Below the pieces are notes generated by a model, which was not told where the DNA came from, searched no databases, and saw only the letters and a list, made by a program, of their open reading frames with translations. A stretch of 43,795 bases of DNA from Octopus sinensis. Its lineage: Eukaryota. Where the stretch lies: NCBI RefSeq assembly GCF_006345805.1, contig NW_021832862.1, forward strand, positions 1 to 43,795. The letters run 5' to 3'. How positions within the stretch are numbered: position 1 is the first letter of the stretch; every line of letters begins with the position of its first letter. The translations under genes and the position numbers were made by a program. This document shows positions 34,451-43,795 of this stretch, piece after piece.

Positions 34451-35598
34451 AATGAGTCACAACAAAAGTGTTCACATCAAAACTCCAGTCAGAAACTTTC
34501 TGTAAATTGTGTTAACATTATTTTCTGTTATTCAAAATATTTTCTTCTTTTGCAAAAACAACCTCAATTCCAAAACCTCTTGCTGTTTTAATTATTTGAA
34601 AAATAATAGAAATATTTGATAGAGACATAAAATAATAAGAGCAGAGAATTAATTCAGTTGATCTAAAAGAGTCAGCCAAATACAGGTCTTGTCTTCAAAT
34701 GTTTTCAAGTGTCTATGAAAATGGCGGACGTGAACTACAGGAGTAGATTATCCCTAAAAACCCTGAAAGACACCTAACAAAATATTTCTAACAACAAATA
34801 TGCTTATGAATAACAAAGGAGAACAATTCAAGTATGACAATCCATCAAATGCTTTTAAAATTAATAATTACAAGCCTGAAGCTCATGGTTATTAAATATA
34901 TGCTTTCTTCATATATGAATGTGTGTTTATAGATAGACATTAATGCGCATGTATATTTATATTATGTATACTAGCAAATAATTCTATTATGCAAAATCAT
35001 CTTACACACATACAGAAAACATATGCATACACAAACACACACGAACATACCTAATCTATCAATCATATTGATGCAAATCAATAGATGTACAGACTTAAAA
35101 CTGTAAATATATTGATTTGGATTAATATGATTGAGAGAAACAATTATTTAATTATTCATAAGAAAACAAATAGTAAACAGGCAAAATCAAAAAGAAATAG
35201 TAAATCAATGCTTGCAAATCATTTTGACTCTTTTAATCTTTTAATCCTAGCCTAACCAATAGACACAAAGATCACAAATGGTAATACACAAGATGGTTAC
35301 TTCATATGTCTTATCCTCAAATGTAACATCAATTATATTATTGAATATCAGAAAAATTTTGCAAGTGGGTAAAAGGAGTGATATTCTCTATTAAACAGAT
35401 GTTGTACATATACTCAAGGCATATTTCCAGAACTATGTCAATCAACATATATAACAAATTTAGAAATACATGTATGAAAGTATGTCTTCTTCTGTACTAA
35501 CAGAAGGAAGTCATGGCATCATGTAAATTTATGAAGATAGCACACTATTGACACTGCTAGCACAACTAAACTTGACATGTGACATCATCATCATTATC

Positions 35599-35645
<47 letters not shown>

Positions 35646-35646
<1 letters not shown>

Positions 35647-35845
35647 GGTGGGAAGGTTTACGAAAATAAACAGAAAACGAAGGCAGGTGGAGTACAAACA
35701 AACAAATGTATTAGTATGGCGCTCAAGAATAGAAATAGAACAAGTCTTTTACATTTCGAGCCTATGCTCTTCGACAGAAAGATACACAGAAAAGAAACAA
35801 GGAGAGAATAAAAAAATGCGTGTAGGAGCTAACGATCTATCATGG
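35646..35845 (-). mobile_element. Solo Penelope pLTR-like fragment next to (TA)n, same family as 1-180
   Basis: Colinear with positions 1-180 (GGGAAG.TTTA.GAAAATA...GAAGGCAGGTGG...GGCGCTCA...GAAAGATACACAGA). Confidence 0.85.
35745..35782 (-). ncRNA. Minimal hammerhead-like motif, variant core (second copy)
   Basis: TCTTT CTGTCGA A GAGC-ATAG-GCTC GAA ATGT A AAAGA: same stems as 98-135, GUA site, U at core position 6. Confidence 0.68.
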
Positions 35846-35852
35846 TGTTATA

Positions 35853-36053
35853 TAACTGGCACTCTGTCAGTTACAATGATGAGAGTTCCAGTTGATCCAA
35901 TCAATGGAACAGACTGCTCGTGAAATTAATGTGCATGTGGCTGAGCAATCCACAAACACGTGTACCCTTAATGTAGTTCTAAGGAAGATTCAGTGTGACA
36001 CAGAGTGTGGTAAGGCTGGCTCTTTGAAATACAGGTACTATTCATTTTTGCCA
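35853..36053 (-). mobile_element. SINE 3' half (family of 1821-2089)
   Basis: Reverse complement of the body and tail seen at 30790-30976. Confidence 0.8.
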
Positions 36054-36622
36054 GAAAAGAGAGTCTATGTATGCATGTATATGTTTATGTTACTGAAAGG
36101 TTCCAAAATAGTACATTCTAGAGGAAAATGGATTTGATTTTCAAACTCTGCATCCCAAGAAGGTTTTTGGTTATTAGAAATCAAAACATAAATTTACTAC
36201 AAGAGACAACTCAACTTCCAGATGACCGACACTGAATATCTTTAGAATACAATCTTAAACTCATGATTACCTGTGTAGACGTTTCTCTCTCTCTCTCTCT
36301 GAGATCTGTCTTATAACTGTTTATCTACCTCCTTCTATCTATTTCCCTCTGTCCTTCTCACTTTTCCTCTCTCTATATATATATTTACCACACTCTCTCT
36401 GTATATGTATATCTTCCACACATGCTGCTCCATTTCTCTCTTTCTTGATATGACATGTAAAGCAAGTCAGTCAGAGGAGACAAGTGTATCTCTATATACC
36501 TCTGTCTATCTGTCTTTCTGTGTCTTTTAGGCTTGCTCATTGTAAACTTCCCCCTCTATATATATATTTACTGCACTCTCTCATTCTTTCTCTGCATTTG
36601 TATAACTCCCATGTTGAGCATG

Positions 36623-36711
<89 letters not shown>

Positions 36712-36884
36712 GTGTGTATGCATGTGTGTAATGAGTTTCAATAGGGCAACAAAGCTGAAAGATCCTTACAAAGTACCAGCAGCAAGCTCAGGAGACATCC
36801 GAACAGAAAAGGAATAGACTTGATGATATACAAACATGAGCCTCCATCGTATGGTCTCAGGAGATGATGCACCAATTAGATGAT

Positions 36885-37298
36885 GAGTGCACAAGAACCT
36901 CTGTTGCACAAATTCAGATGATGATGTTCCATTTCAGTTCAAAAGACTTCAATTTCCAGTGAATCTTAGTTTTGCCATAACCATCAATAAAGCGCAAGGG
37001 CAAACATTTTCAGTTGCTGGTTTACACTATAAAGAGCCCTGCTTCACTCATGGTCAACTTTATGTTGAATGTTCAAAACTAAGAAGTAAGAAAAATCTTT
37101 ACATCTAAGCACCAAATGGAAAAACAAAAAACCTCACTTACTGAGATATTATAAATTGCCCCAAATAATGCAGAAATCCATTCTGATGAAAAGGTCTATC
37201 CACTGGGGAGACGACATGGTCTGACATAGAATTTTAAAAATTGAAATAAAAGTATTCTATTGTGTAAATTGCCCAGCAACAATGGGTTACTAAGCTAG
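36885..37298 (+). mobile_element. Helitron 3' end (PIF1-like helicase C terminus, hairpin, CTAG)
   Basis: PFQFKRLQFPVNLSFAITINKAQGQTF...CFTHGQLYV.CS, subterminal hairpin GCCCA-GCAACAA-TGGGT (37271-37287), terminal CTAG at 37295-37298 followed by T. Confidence 0.9.
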
Positions 37299-37358
37299 TA
37301 TATATACAGTCATATATATATATACAGTCATATATATATATATATATATGAATATATA

Positions 37359-37767
37359 TTCTTTTATTCTTTTACTTGTTTCAGTCATTTGACTGTGGCT
37401 ATGTTGGAGCACTGCCTTGAAAGGTTTTTTAGGAGAACAAATCAACCTCAGGACTTCTTTCTTTAGCTTAGTACTTATTCTATCGATCCCTTTGGCCAAA
37501 CCACTAAGTTACAGCAATGTAAACACACTAACTCTGTTCTTAAGTGGTAATGGGAGGACAAACAGACACAAAGACACACACACGTAGATATATACATATA
37601 TATAGAAAGGGCTTCTTCCAGTTTCTGTCTACCAAAGCCATTCACAAGGCTCCAGTCAGCCCAAGGCTATAGTAGAAGATACTTGCCCAAGGTGCTATGC
37701 AATGGGACTGAGCCTGGAACCATGCAGTTGGAAAGCAAGCTTCTTACCACACAGCCATGCTTGTGCC
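37359..37767 (-). mobile_element. tRNA/CORE-type SINE, CpG-decayed
   Basis: Reverse complement of the family with CG to TG/CA changes. Confidence 0.88.
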
Positions 37768-37817
37768 TATTATATATATATTATTCTTTTAAAAGAATGT
37801 TCTTGATAGTGAATTTG

Positions 37818-38150
37818 AAGTTTTGGTCAGCTGAGCCATCATCAGACTGCAGTGCATTAGAGTTAGTTCTGCATTTATATAGTCTCTGTTAAATTAAAAA
37901 TCGTCTTTGGGTGTGTGGGTTTGAGTGGGGTGGTAATTAGGTTTTTGTGGCCAGTTGTTATGGAAAAGTGCTTTGAAAAAACTTTTATTGATAAATTTGG
38001 GATGTTATTTTTTAGAATTTATTCATGCATGTAGAACTTTGAAAAGAGACCTGTAGGTATTTACTTGTTGTCATGAACCATATTTGGTATGTATTTAAAA
38101 CATTTCTTATGCATCTATGCAGGGCTGAATTAAAACTCAAAACATTTCAC
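37818..38150 (-). mobile_element. Old Penelope-like 3' remnant with decayed hammerhead
   Basis: Minus strand FKVLHA*INSKK*HPKFINK resembles the GIY-YIG C-terminal LEAL.I....P.IN signature. Downstream CTGATGA T GG(C)TCA-GC-TGACC AAAAC at 37845-37820. Confidence 0.5.
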
Positions 38151-38239
38151 TGGTGTTGCAAACAGCATCCCAGCCAAATGAAAATCCTGTAACTGCAATT
38201 TAATACTGCCTAAATGCAAGTGATGCAGTATTAAATTAA

Positions 38240-39259
38240 GCAGTTATGCACGGGTACTTTCATACTAGAATTAATGTAACGATACTTTACTTACCTAGGA
38301 AGGTAGATGGAACAGGATTGACTGGAATAGAGGATAATGTTCTGAAGGATAACAAGTCTTTGCATGCCTATCTAAGGAACAGTGATGAAAGAATGTTGCA
38401 GACCACACTGAGTGAGAAGGTGATCAGTGACAACGGTGAGACCCTCCAGGAGTACAAAATGAGGACTAATAGAGAAAAAAATCATCAACTGGAAAGAGAA
38501 AGTTCTACATGGAGAGTTTTTCCAGCAAGCTGATGAAGAATCCTGGAGATGGTTAAGACATGGATTTTTAAAGAAAGCAACAAAAGAACTGATTCTTGCT
38601 GTTCAAGAACAAGTTTTACAAACTAACTCAATCATAATCATGCGTAATGTTGATAAGATAGTAGTATCACCTTTGTGTAGCTTATGTGAAAAATCTGGCA
38701 AAACTGTTCCAAAAGGGGTACAAAAAATGCTATGAAAAAGTGGCAGTGCAAATACACTGGGAGTTGTGCAGGAAATATGGGCGAGGATGTTTCAACAAAT
38801 AGCAGAGAATGATCAGGTGAAACCCAAATGGGATATTCTAATCTACACAGATAAGAAGCTGCAACATAACTTGACTTGATATCATTCTCTAAAGTAAGGA
38901 GTTCAAAGAATGGACCTTCATCAACATAGTTATACTTGCAGACCAGAGTATTGTGAAGACAGAAAATGAGAAAATGAAGAAGTATCAGGATCTAGCATTG
39001 GAAATGAAACATATCCACAGAGCCTCAAAAGTGAAAGTGTTACCTATTGTGATCAGTGCACTTGGGAGCATCTCAAAGACAGCAATATTCTGGCATGAAA
39101 AGCTGCAAATATCAAATTTTATACGAAAAACACAGTTGGCAGCATTACTTGAAACAGAAAGTGTTGAGAAAAGTGTTGCATCTCTAAGCTGTGGGAAGGA
39201 GCTCAGACATGACATAGATAATTTGGGAGAAGAAAAGAAAATGGAAATAATAATAATAA
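38240..39259 (+). mobile_element. R4/Dong-like RLE non-LTR retrotransposon 3' fragment (copy A)
   Basis: LYLPRK..G.GL..IE, WRWL..G.LKK.T..LILAVQEQ, CSLC, WD..I.TD.KL.HN, KMKKYQDLALE...PIVISALG. (AAT)n tail at 39246-39259. Confidence 0.85.
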
Positions 39260-40920
39260 CAGTATGATATGTTGGCGAACTGAATTGACAGCAGGGAACC
39301 AGGTATTAGGAGAGGTGAAAATCAAGAGAGGAATCTTCCAGGGGGACAGTGAATCCCCACTGATCATTGTGCTGGGAATGATCCACTTGAGTGAAATATT
39401 GCAGATGACAAAGTTGAGGTATGATCTGGGAATCTGTAAGGGAAAACTGAACCACCTGCCATTCATGGATGACTTGAAGTTGTTCACAAAAAGTGAGGCA
39501 GAACTGGACTGGACTAGTCCAGTCTGTGTGGATTTTCTCAAATGATATCAAGATGGAGTTTGGACTCTCAGAATGTGCTACGATAGTGATGAGACAAAGA
39601 AAGCTTGTCAGGATGGAAGGCATATGTATGCAAAGTGGTGAAATTATGAAGGCAATTGAACCTGAATACAAATATAAATACCTAGGATACTTGAAACAAA
39701 TTGAATTAAGCACAAAGAAATGAAAGAAAAGACAAAGAAAGAGTACCTACGGCAAGTGAGATAAATAGTGGTTTTAAAGCTGGATGCCAGAAACATAATT
39801 TCAGTAATAGATTCGCATGCAATCAGAGTAGTTCAGTATGGTGCTGAAATTCTGAAGTGGACAGAGGATGAGCTAAAGGAGTTGGACAGGAAGACAAGAA
39901 CGTTCCTAACAATGCATGAAGCCCATCATTCATGTGTAGACACTGACTGCCTATACATGAAAAGAGAAAATGAAGAAAGGGGACAGATAAGTGTGGAACA
40001 CTGTGAATGTATTGAACTTTGGAGCTTACTGAGATACCTATCCAAAGGTAAGGAAACTTTGCCAGTGTCAGTTAGGAATGAGGGCATACTATAGTAGAGA
40101 AATGGAAAAATAAAGCAACAAGGGACTACACAATCAATTCCATGTATCCACAACTGAAGTTGCTGGAAAACATAGGTGGGACTGGCTGAAGAAAGGATCA
40201 TTGAAAAAAGAGACTGGCAGTGCAAGACCAAGCTTTGGTCACAAACTGGAGCAAATGTCTCCACTGTGCCACATCTATAATAAAGTAGATGAAAACATTT
40301 CCCATAATGTGAATGAATAGCCTAGACTTGCCTAAAACCATTAAAAGTTGTGGCGACATGATGTGATAGCAAACATGCTACATTGGAAACTTTGCACAAA
40401 GTAGGGTCTAGAGAGAGGCAGATGTGGTATAAGCACAAACCACAAAGACCTGCAAAATCTTGGGGGATTTCCCAATCGAAACAGATCAGGTGCTAGATCA
40501 TAACAAACCGAACCTAATGGTGGTGGACAAAGTGCACCACATGTGCTATGTAAGTGATGTTGCATACCCCTTTAACTCAGGAATAGTCAAGAAGGAAAAA
40601 ATGGATATATACACTCTTCTTAAGTACAAAATAACCCAGATACAGAAAATGAAAATGAAGATAGTGCCAATTATTGTTGGGTCCTTGGGGACAGTATCAG
40701 AAGGCATCAAAGGGAATATAAAGGAAATCAGAAGAGAGTGTCCAGTAAAACTGTTACAAAAGGTCTGCCCTATTGGCATGGCCAGAATAATCAGGAAAGT
40801 ATTAGATAGTTGAAAAGAACAGATAGCATGGTGCTGTAGGCTGCAGGCAGCAAGCCTGCTATGCGTGCAAAGCTCCAGGAGTTTCAATAAAACCTGAGTT
40901 AAAAAGAATAATAATAATAA
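39260..40920 (+). mobile_element. R4/Dong-like RLE non-LTR retrotransposon, 5' truncated (copy B)
   Basis: RGIFQGDS.SPL, NHLPFMDDLKLF, MEFGL..CA, YKYLG, LDRKTR..LTMH, HNKPNLMVVDK...DVAYP, PIIVGSLG, RIIRKVL*. (AAT)n tail at about 40907-40920. Confidence 0.9.
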
Positions 40921-40924
40921 CAAT

Positions 40925-41248
40925 CCTTTCTACTAAAGGCACATTACATTGACCCCAGTGTTTCACTGGCACTTAATTTATCAACCCTGAAAGGCCACAA
41001 CGTAACACTAAGCATTTCATCCAGCATACTAACAATTCTGCCAGCTCACTGCCTTTGGTTTCAAATTTTGCCACTAGAGCAGCAATTTTAGGGGAGGGAA
41101 TGAGTTGATTACATCAACCCCAGTGTTCATCTCAAAGAGATGAAAGGCAAAGTTGACCTCAGCAGAATTTGAACTCAGAACGTAGCAATGAACGAAATGC
41201 TGCAAAGCATTTCATCCAGCGCACTAACAATTCTGCCAGCTTGCCACC
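40925..41248 (-). mobile_element. Two partial copies of the second SINE family, followed by (AAT/AAC)n to about 41330
   Basis: CATTGACCCCAGTG..CACTGG.ACTTAATTTATCAACC and GATGAAAGGCAAAGTTGACCTCAGCAGAATTTGAACTCAGAACG, as at 11030-11215. Confidence 0.75.
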
Positions 41249-41280
41249 TTAACAACAACAATAATAATAACAATAATAAC

Positions 41281-41321
<41 letters not shown>

Positions 41322-41482
41322 TAATAATTGTTTCTAACATAGGTATAAGGGTTGGAATTTGAAGAGAGTTGGTTTGTTGATAATAATGTTGATAACAATA
41401 ATGACATTACCATGTCTGGAAATTTCACTGTAGGTAACAAACACACACACACAAAGACACATGCACACACACACAAACACAT

Positions 41483-41637
41483 GATTGGTTTCTTTCAGTC
41501 TCCATCTAACCAAATCCACTCGTAACACTTTGATGATTCCAAGGCTATAGTAGAAAATACTTGCTCAAGGTGCCACACAGTGAAACTGAACCTGAAACCA
41601 TGTAGTTGGGAAGCAAATTTCATACCACACAGCCACA
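41483..41637 (-). mobile_element. SINE head, decayed
   Basis: Reverse complement of the family head. Confidence 0.8.
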
Positions 41638-41703
41638 ACTCTTATAAAACATACCTTTTTTATTTTTTAATACAGATATAATATACTTTATCATTGTCCA
41701 TAC

Positions 41704-41795
41704 AGCAAATTTGTCTTATGCTAAATTTTCCAATATAGCAAATGTTCCTACAGCAAAATTTCTTTTGGCAAATTTTCCAACAGCAAAATTTCCTA
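41704..41795. repeat. ~15-bp degenerate tandem repeat (CAGCAAAATTTCCTA-like)
   Basis: About six units of GCAAA(A)TTT(T)CC. Possibly a DNA-transposon subterminal array. Confidence 0.7.
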
Positions 41796-42371
41796 TAACC
41801 CCTCATTAATTGACTGGTTCTGTCACCTCTCAAAGGATGAAATAACAAATCATGAAAACATAAGTAACAAAAAACTATGCAAACTGACATGTATAAAATG
41901 AATAAAAAGAATAACAAAACATGACAATTCCAGACCTTAGAACACCTACAGAATACTGACCAAGAAAAACAAACAAAATATAAAGAAAAGGGGATAATGA
42001 AGAAGATTTACAAAAGGAAATTCTAAAGATGGAAGTCATGACAGTGACAATCTAATAGTAGAAATAATTAAAAAGTTACAAAAATGGTTTTACTATGAAC
42101 CAAGGAAAAGAAACGCAATAATAAACAGCAACAACAATACAAAATAAATTTGATCATCACAAACTTAATTAAAACAGACATAAACATCAATATTACTATG
42201 CTAAATGAAATAATATATGCAACAGTTTCTGTAGCTTTGAAGGAAAGTGGAAACACTCCCAGATTCACTAAAATAGAAATATTGAAACTCAAGCAGTCAA
42301 GATAGAAAAGAAATACACAGAAAAAGATGGAAAAATAAGAGAAAGAATCTCTCAATCCTTCATAAAATTAA

Positions 42372-42591
42372 CCTTTTAGCATTCAGATTACCCTGTCAAA
42401 TGTAACACTTATTTATTCACAGTGTTTTGAATTAATCAAGCAGTATCTCAAAACTTTCAGATTTGGATGCTGTAATTGCTTATTTTGAGAATGACATTCT
42501 AAGGTAGTTGTGAGAGATCAAATCTTACTGGTTTGAAGAGAAAGCAGGAAGAACATTTGGGCCAGATATGGCCAGTTTAAATGCTAAAGAG
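42372..42591 (+). mobile_element. piggyBac-type MITE (copy 3)
   Basis: TTAA at 42368-42371 and 42592-42595. TIR CCTTTTAGCATT / AATGCTAAAGAG. Confidence 0.82.
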
Positions 42592-42801
42592 TTAAACAAC
42601 AAAATGACACAACTAGAAAAAAATAAGACAGAAATGCTACAAAAATATAATACTACCAAAAACCAAAAGAAAGAAAATTAGCCAAAATCAAAAACTGCTT
42701 GGAAGAAAAGATCCTTGCTAAATTGCAAAGAATTCACTGGTATAGAAAATTTTGATGATTCTTTGAATGAGACTAAAATCAGAAACAATTTTACCAAGAA
42801 C

Positions 42802-42907
42802 TTGGTAGTGGTAAGTAGCTAATTACCAACCACATAATTCTGGGTTCAGTCCCACTGCGTGGCACCTTGAGCAAGTGTCTTCTACTATAGCCTCGGGCTG
42901 ACCAAAG
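42802..42907 (+). mobile_element. SINE head, 3' truncated
   Basis: GTGGTAAGTAGC...GGGTTCAGTCCCACTGCGTGGCACCTTGAGCAAGTG. Confidence 0.85.
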
Positions 42908-43520
42908 CATGCAACTCTATGTCCGAAGACAATAAAAAGTTGTCATGCAAAGCTGATGACCATGGGCTCTGTGAATGATGCAAGAAGTGGCCATCCAGCC
43001 ACATCCCGATCAGCAGGGAATGTGGCAATAGTGCACAAAATGTTTAATCGCAGCCTGCAAAAATCAGCACGTCAAATAGTTCGTGAAAGTGGACTAACAA
43101 GATACACAATACGTACGATGTTGCATAAAGAATTGAATTTTCTTCTGTGGGAACCCCATTACATGCAGGTGCTACAACCTGAAGATTGTGACTGCAGAAG
43201 TCCAGAACTCCAAGAAGTCCAGATCGTACTACATGTGATTTTTACCTGTGGGGTTACATTAAAGAGGATGTGTACAAAACAAAACCTCAAGCACTGGAGG
43301 ACTTGGAGACAGATTCAGGAGGTTCTCAATGGTATCCCAGACAATGTCCTTCAGAAAGTTGTTCATTCCATCCCTGGTGTTTATGTTGAAATATGAAAAT
43401 TTACTTTCATTTTCCCATACAATAAAGAACATGTATCATTTTTTCAATAAATTTATAAAAGGAATATGGATTTTATTACCAATTTTTAATGCCTCCTTAC
43501 TTTTCATCCACCATGTGTAA
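42908..43520 (+). mobile_element. Internally deleted Tc1/mariner remnant, third family
   Basis: GSVNDARSGHPATSRS..NV...FNRSLQKSARQ...TIRTMLHKEL jumps straight to SPEL...FYLWGYIKEDVYKTKP in a shifted frame. The catalytic DD region is absent. Confidence 0.75.
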
Positions 43521-43521
43521 T

Positions 43522-43554
<33 letters not shown>

Positions 43555-43731
43555 CATATATATATTTACATATATATATATATACACACACAAACATATA
43601 TATATACATATATACATACACATATATACATATATATATATACACATATATATACACACACACACACATATACATATATATATACACACACACACATATA
43701 TATATATATATACATATATATATATGTATAT
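43521..43731. repeat. (CA)n/(TA)n microsatellite
   Basis: Direct inspection. Confidence 0.95.
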
Positions 43732-43795
43732 ACTAGCTTAAGGTGACCCACTCTACGCGCGGGTGATGTTTTAGTTGTTGGACCAATGTATTAAT
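43732..43795 (+). mobile_element. Possible 5' end of a Helitron-related non-autonomous element
   Basis: ACTAGC...GACCC ACTCTACGCGC GGGT hairpin just after a (TA)n tract. Truncated by the window edge. Confidence 0.4.

Noticed and set aside
37165-37215. CTGATGA in the Helitron 3' region, and another at about 33990
   Set aside because: No downstream stem II-GAAA-stem III.

Overview
Repeat-dense eukaryotic genomic DNA, most likely from an octopus or other coleoid cephalopod. This is inferred from the tRNA/CORE-type SINE families and the huge (TA)n/(TG)n tracts; no database search was run. The only host gene I can support is a minus-strand UNC-93-like (MFS fold) membrane protein gene: a large coding exon at 25536-24472, a second at 20212-20077, and a possible terminal exon at 19622-19522. 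The rest is transposon-derived: Penelope-like elements (RT and GIY-YIG fragments, inverted pseudo-LTR arms), a 3 kb CR1-group LINE, RTE fragments, two tandem R4/Dong-type RLE retrotransposons, three Tc1/mariner remnants, piggyBac- and hAT-type MITEs, a Helitron 3' end and many SINEs. Nearly all other ORFs in the track are microsatellite or antisense artefacts. Most interesting signals: (1) seven hammerhead-ribozyme-like motifs from about five sequence families, including a family with a shared A6-to-U core change and a tRNA-like Pol III promoter upstream of a hammerhead inside a Penelope element; (2) modular SINE shuffling, with a candidate 5S rRNA-headed SINE and one head carried on two different LINE tails, plus a covarying SINE/LINE 3' hairpin; (3) a sharp CpG-depletion boundary near 18.5-20.3 kb that coincides with the apparent 3' end of a seemingly C-terminally truncated UNC-93-like gene; (4) two unexplained fold-back structures at 4439-5024 and 15033-15128. 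All alignments and folds were done by eye, and repeat boundaries are approximate.
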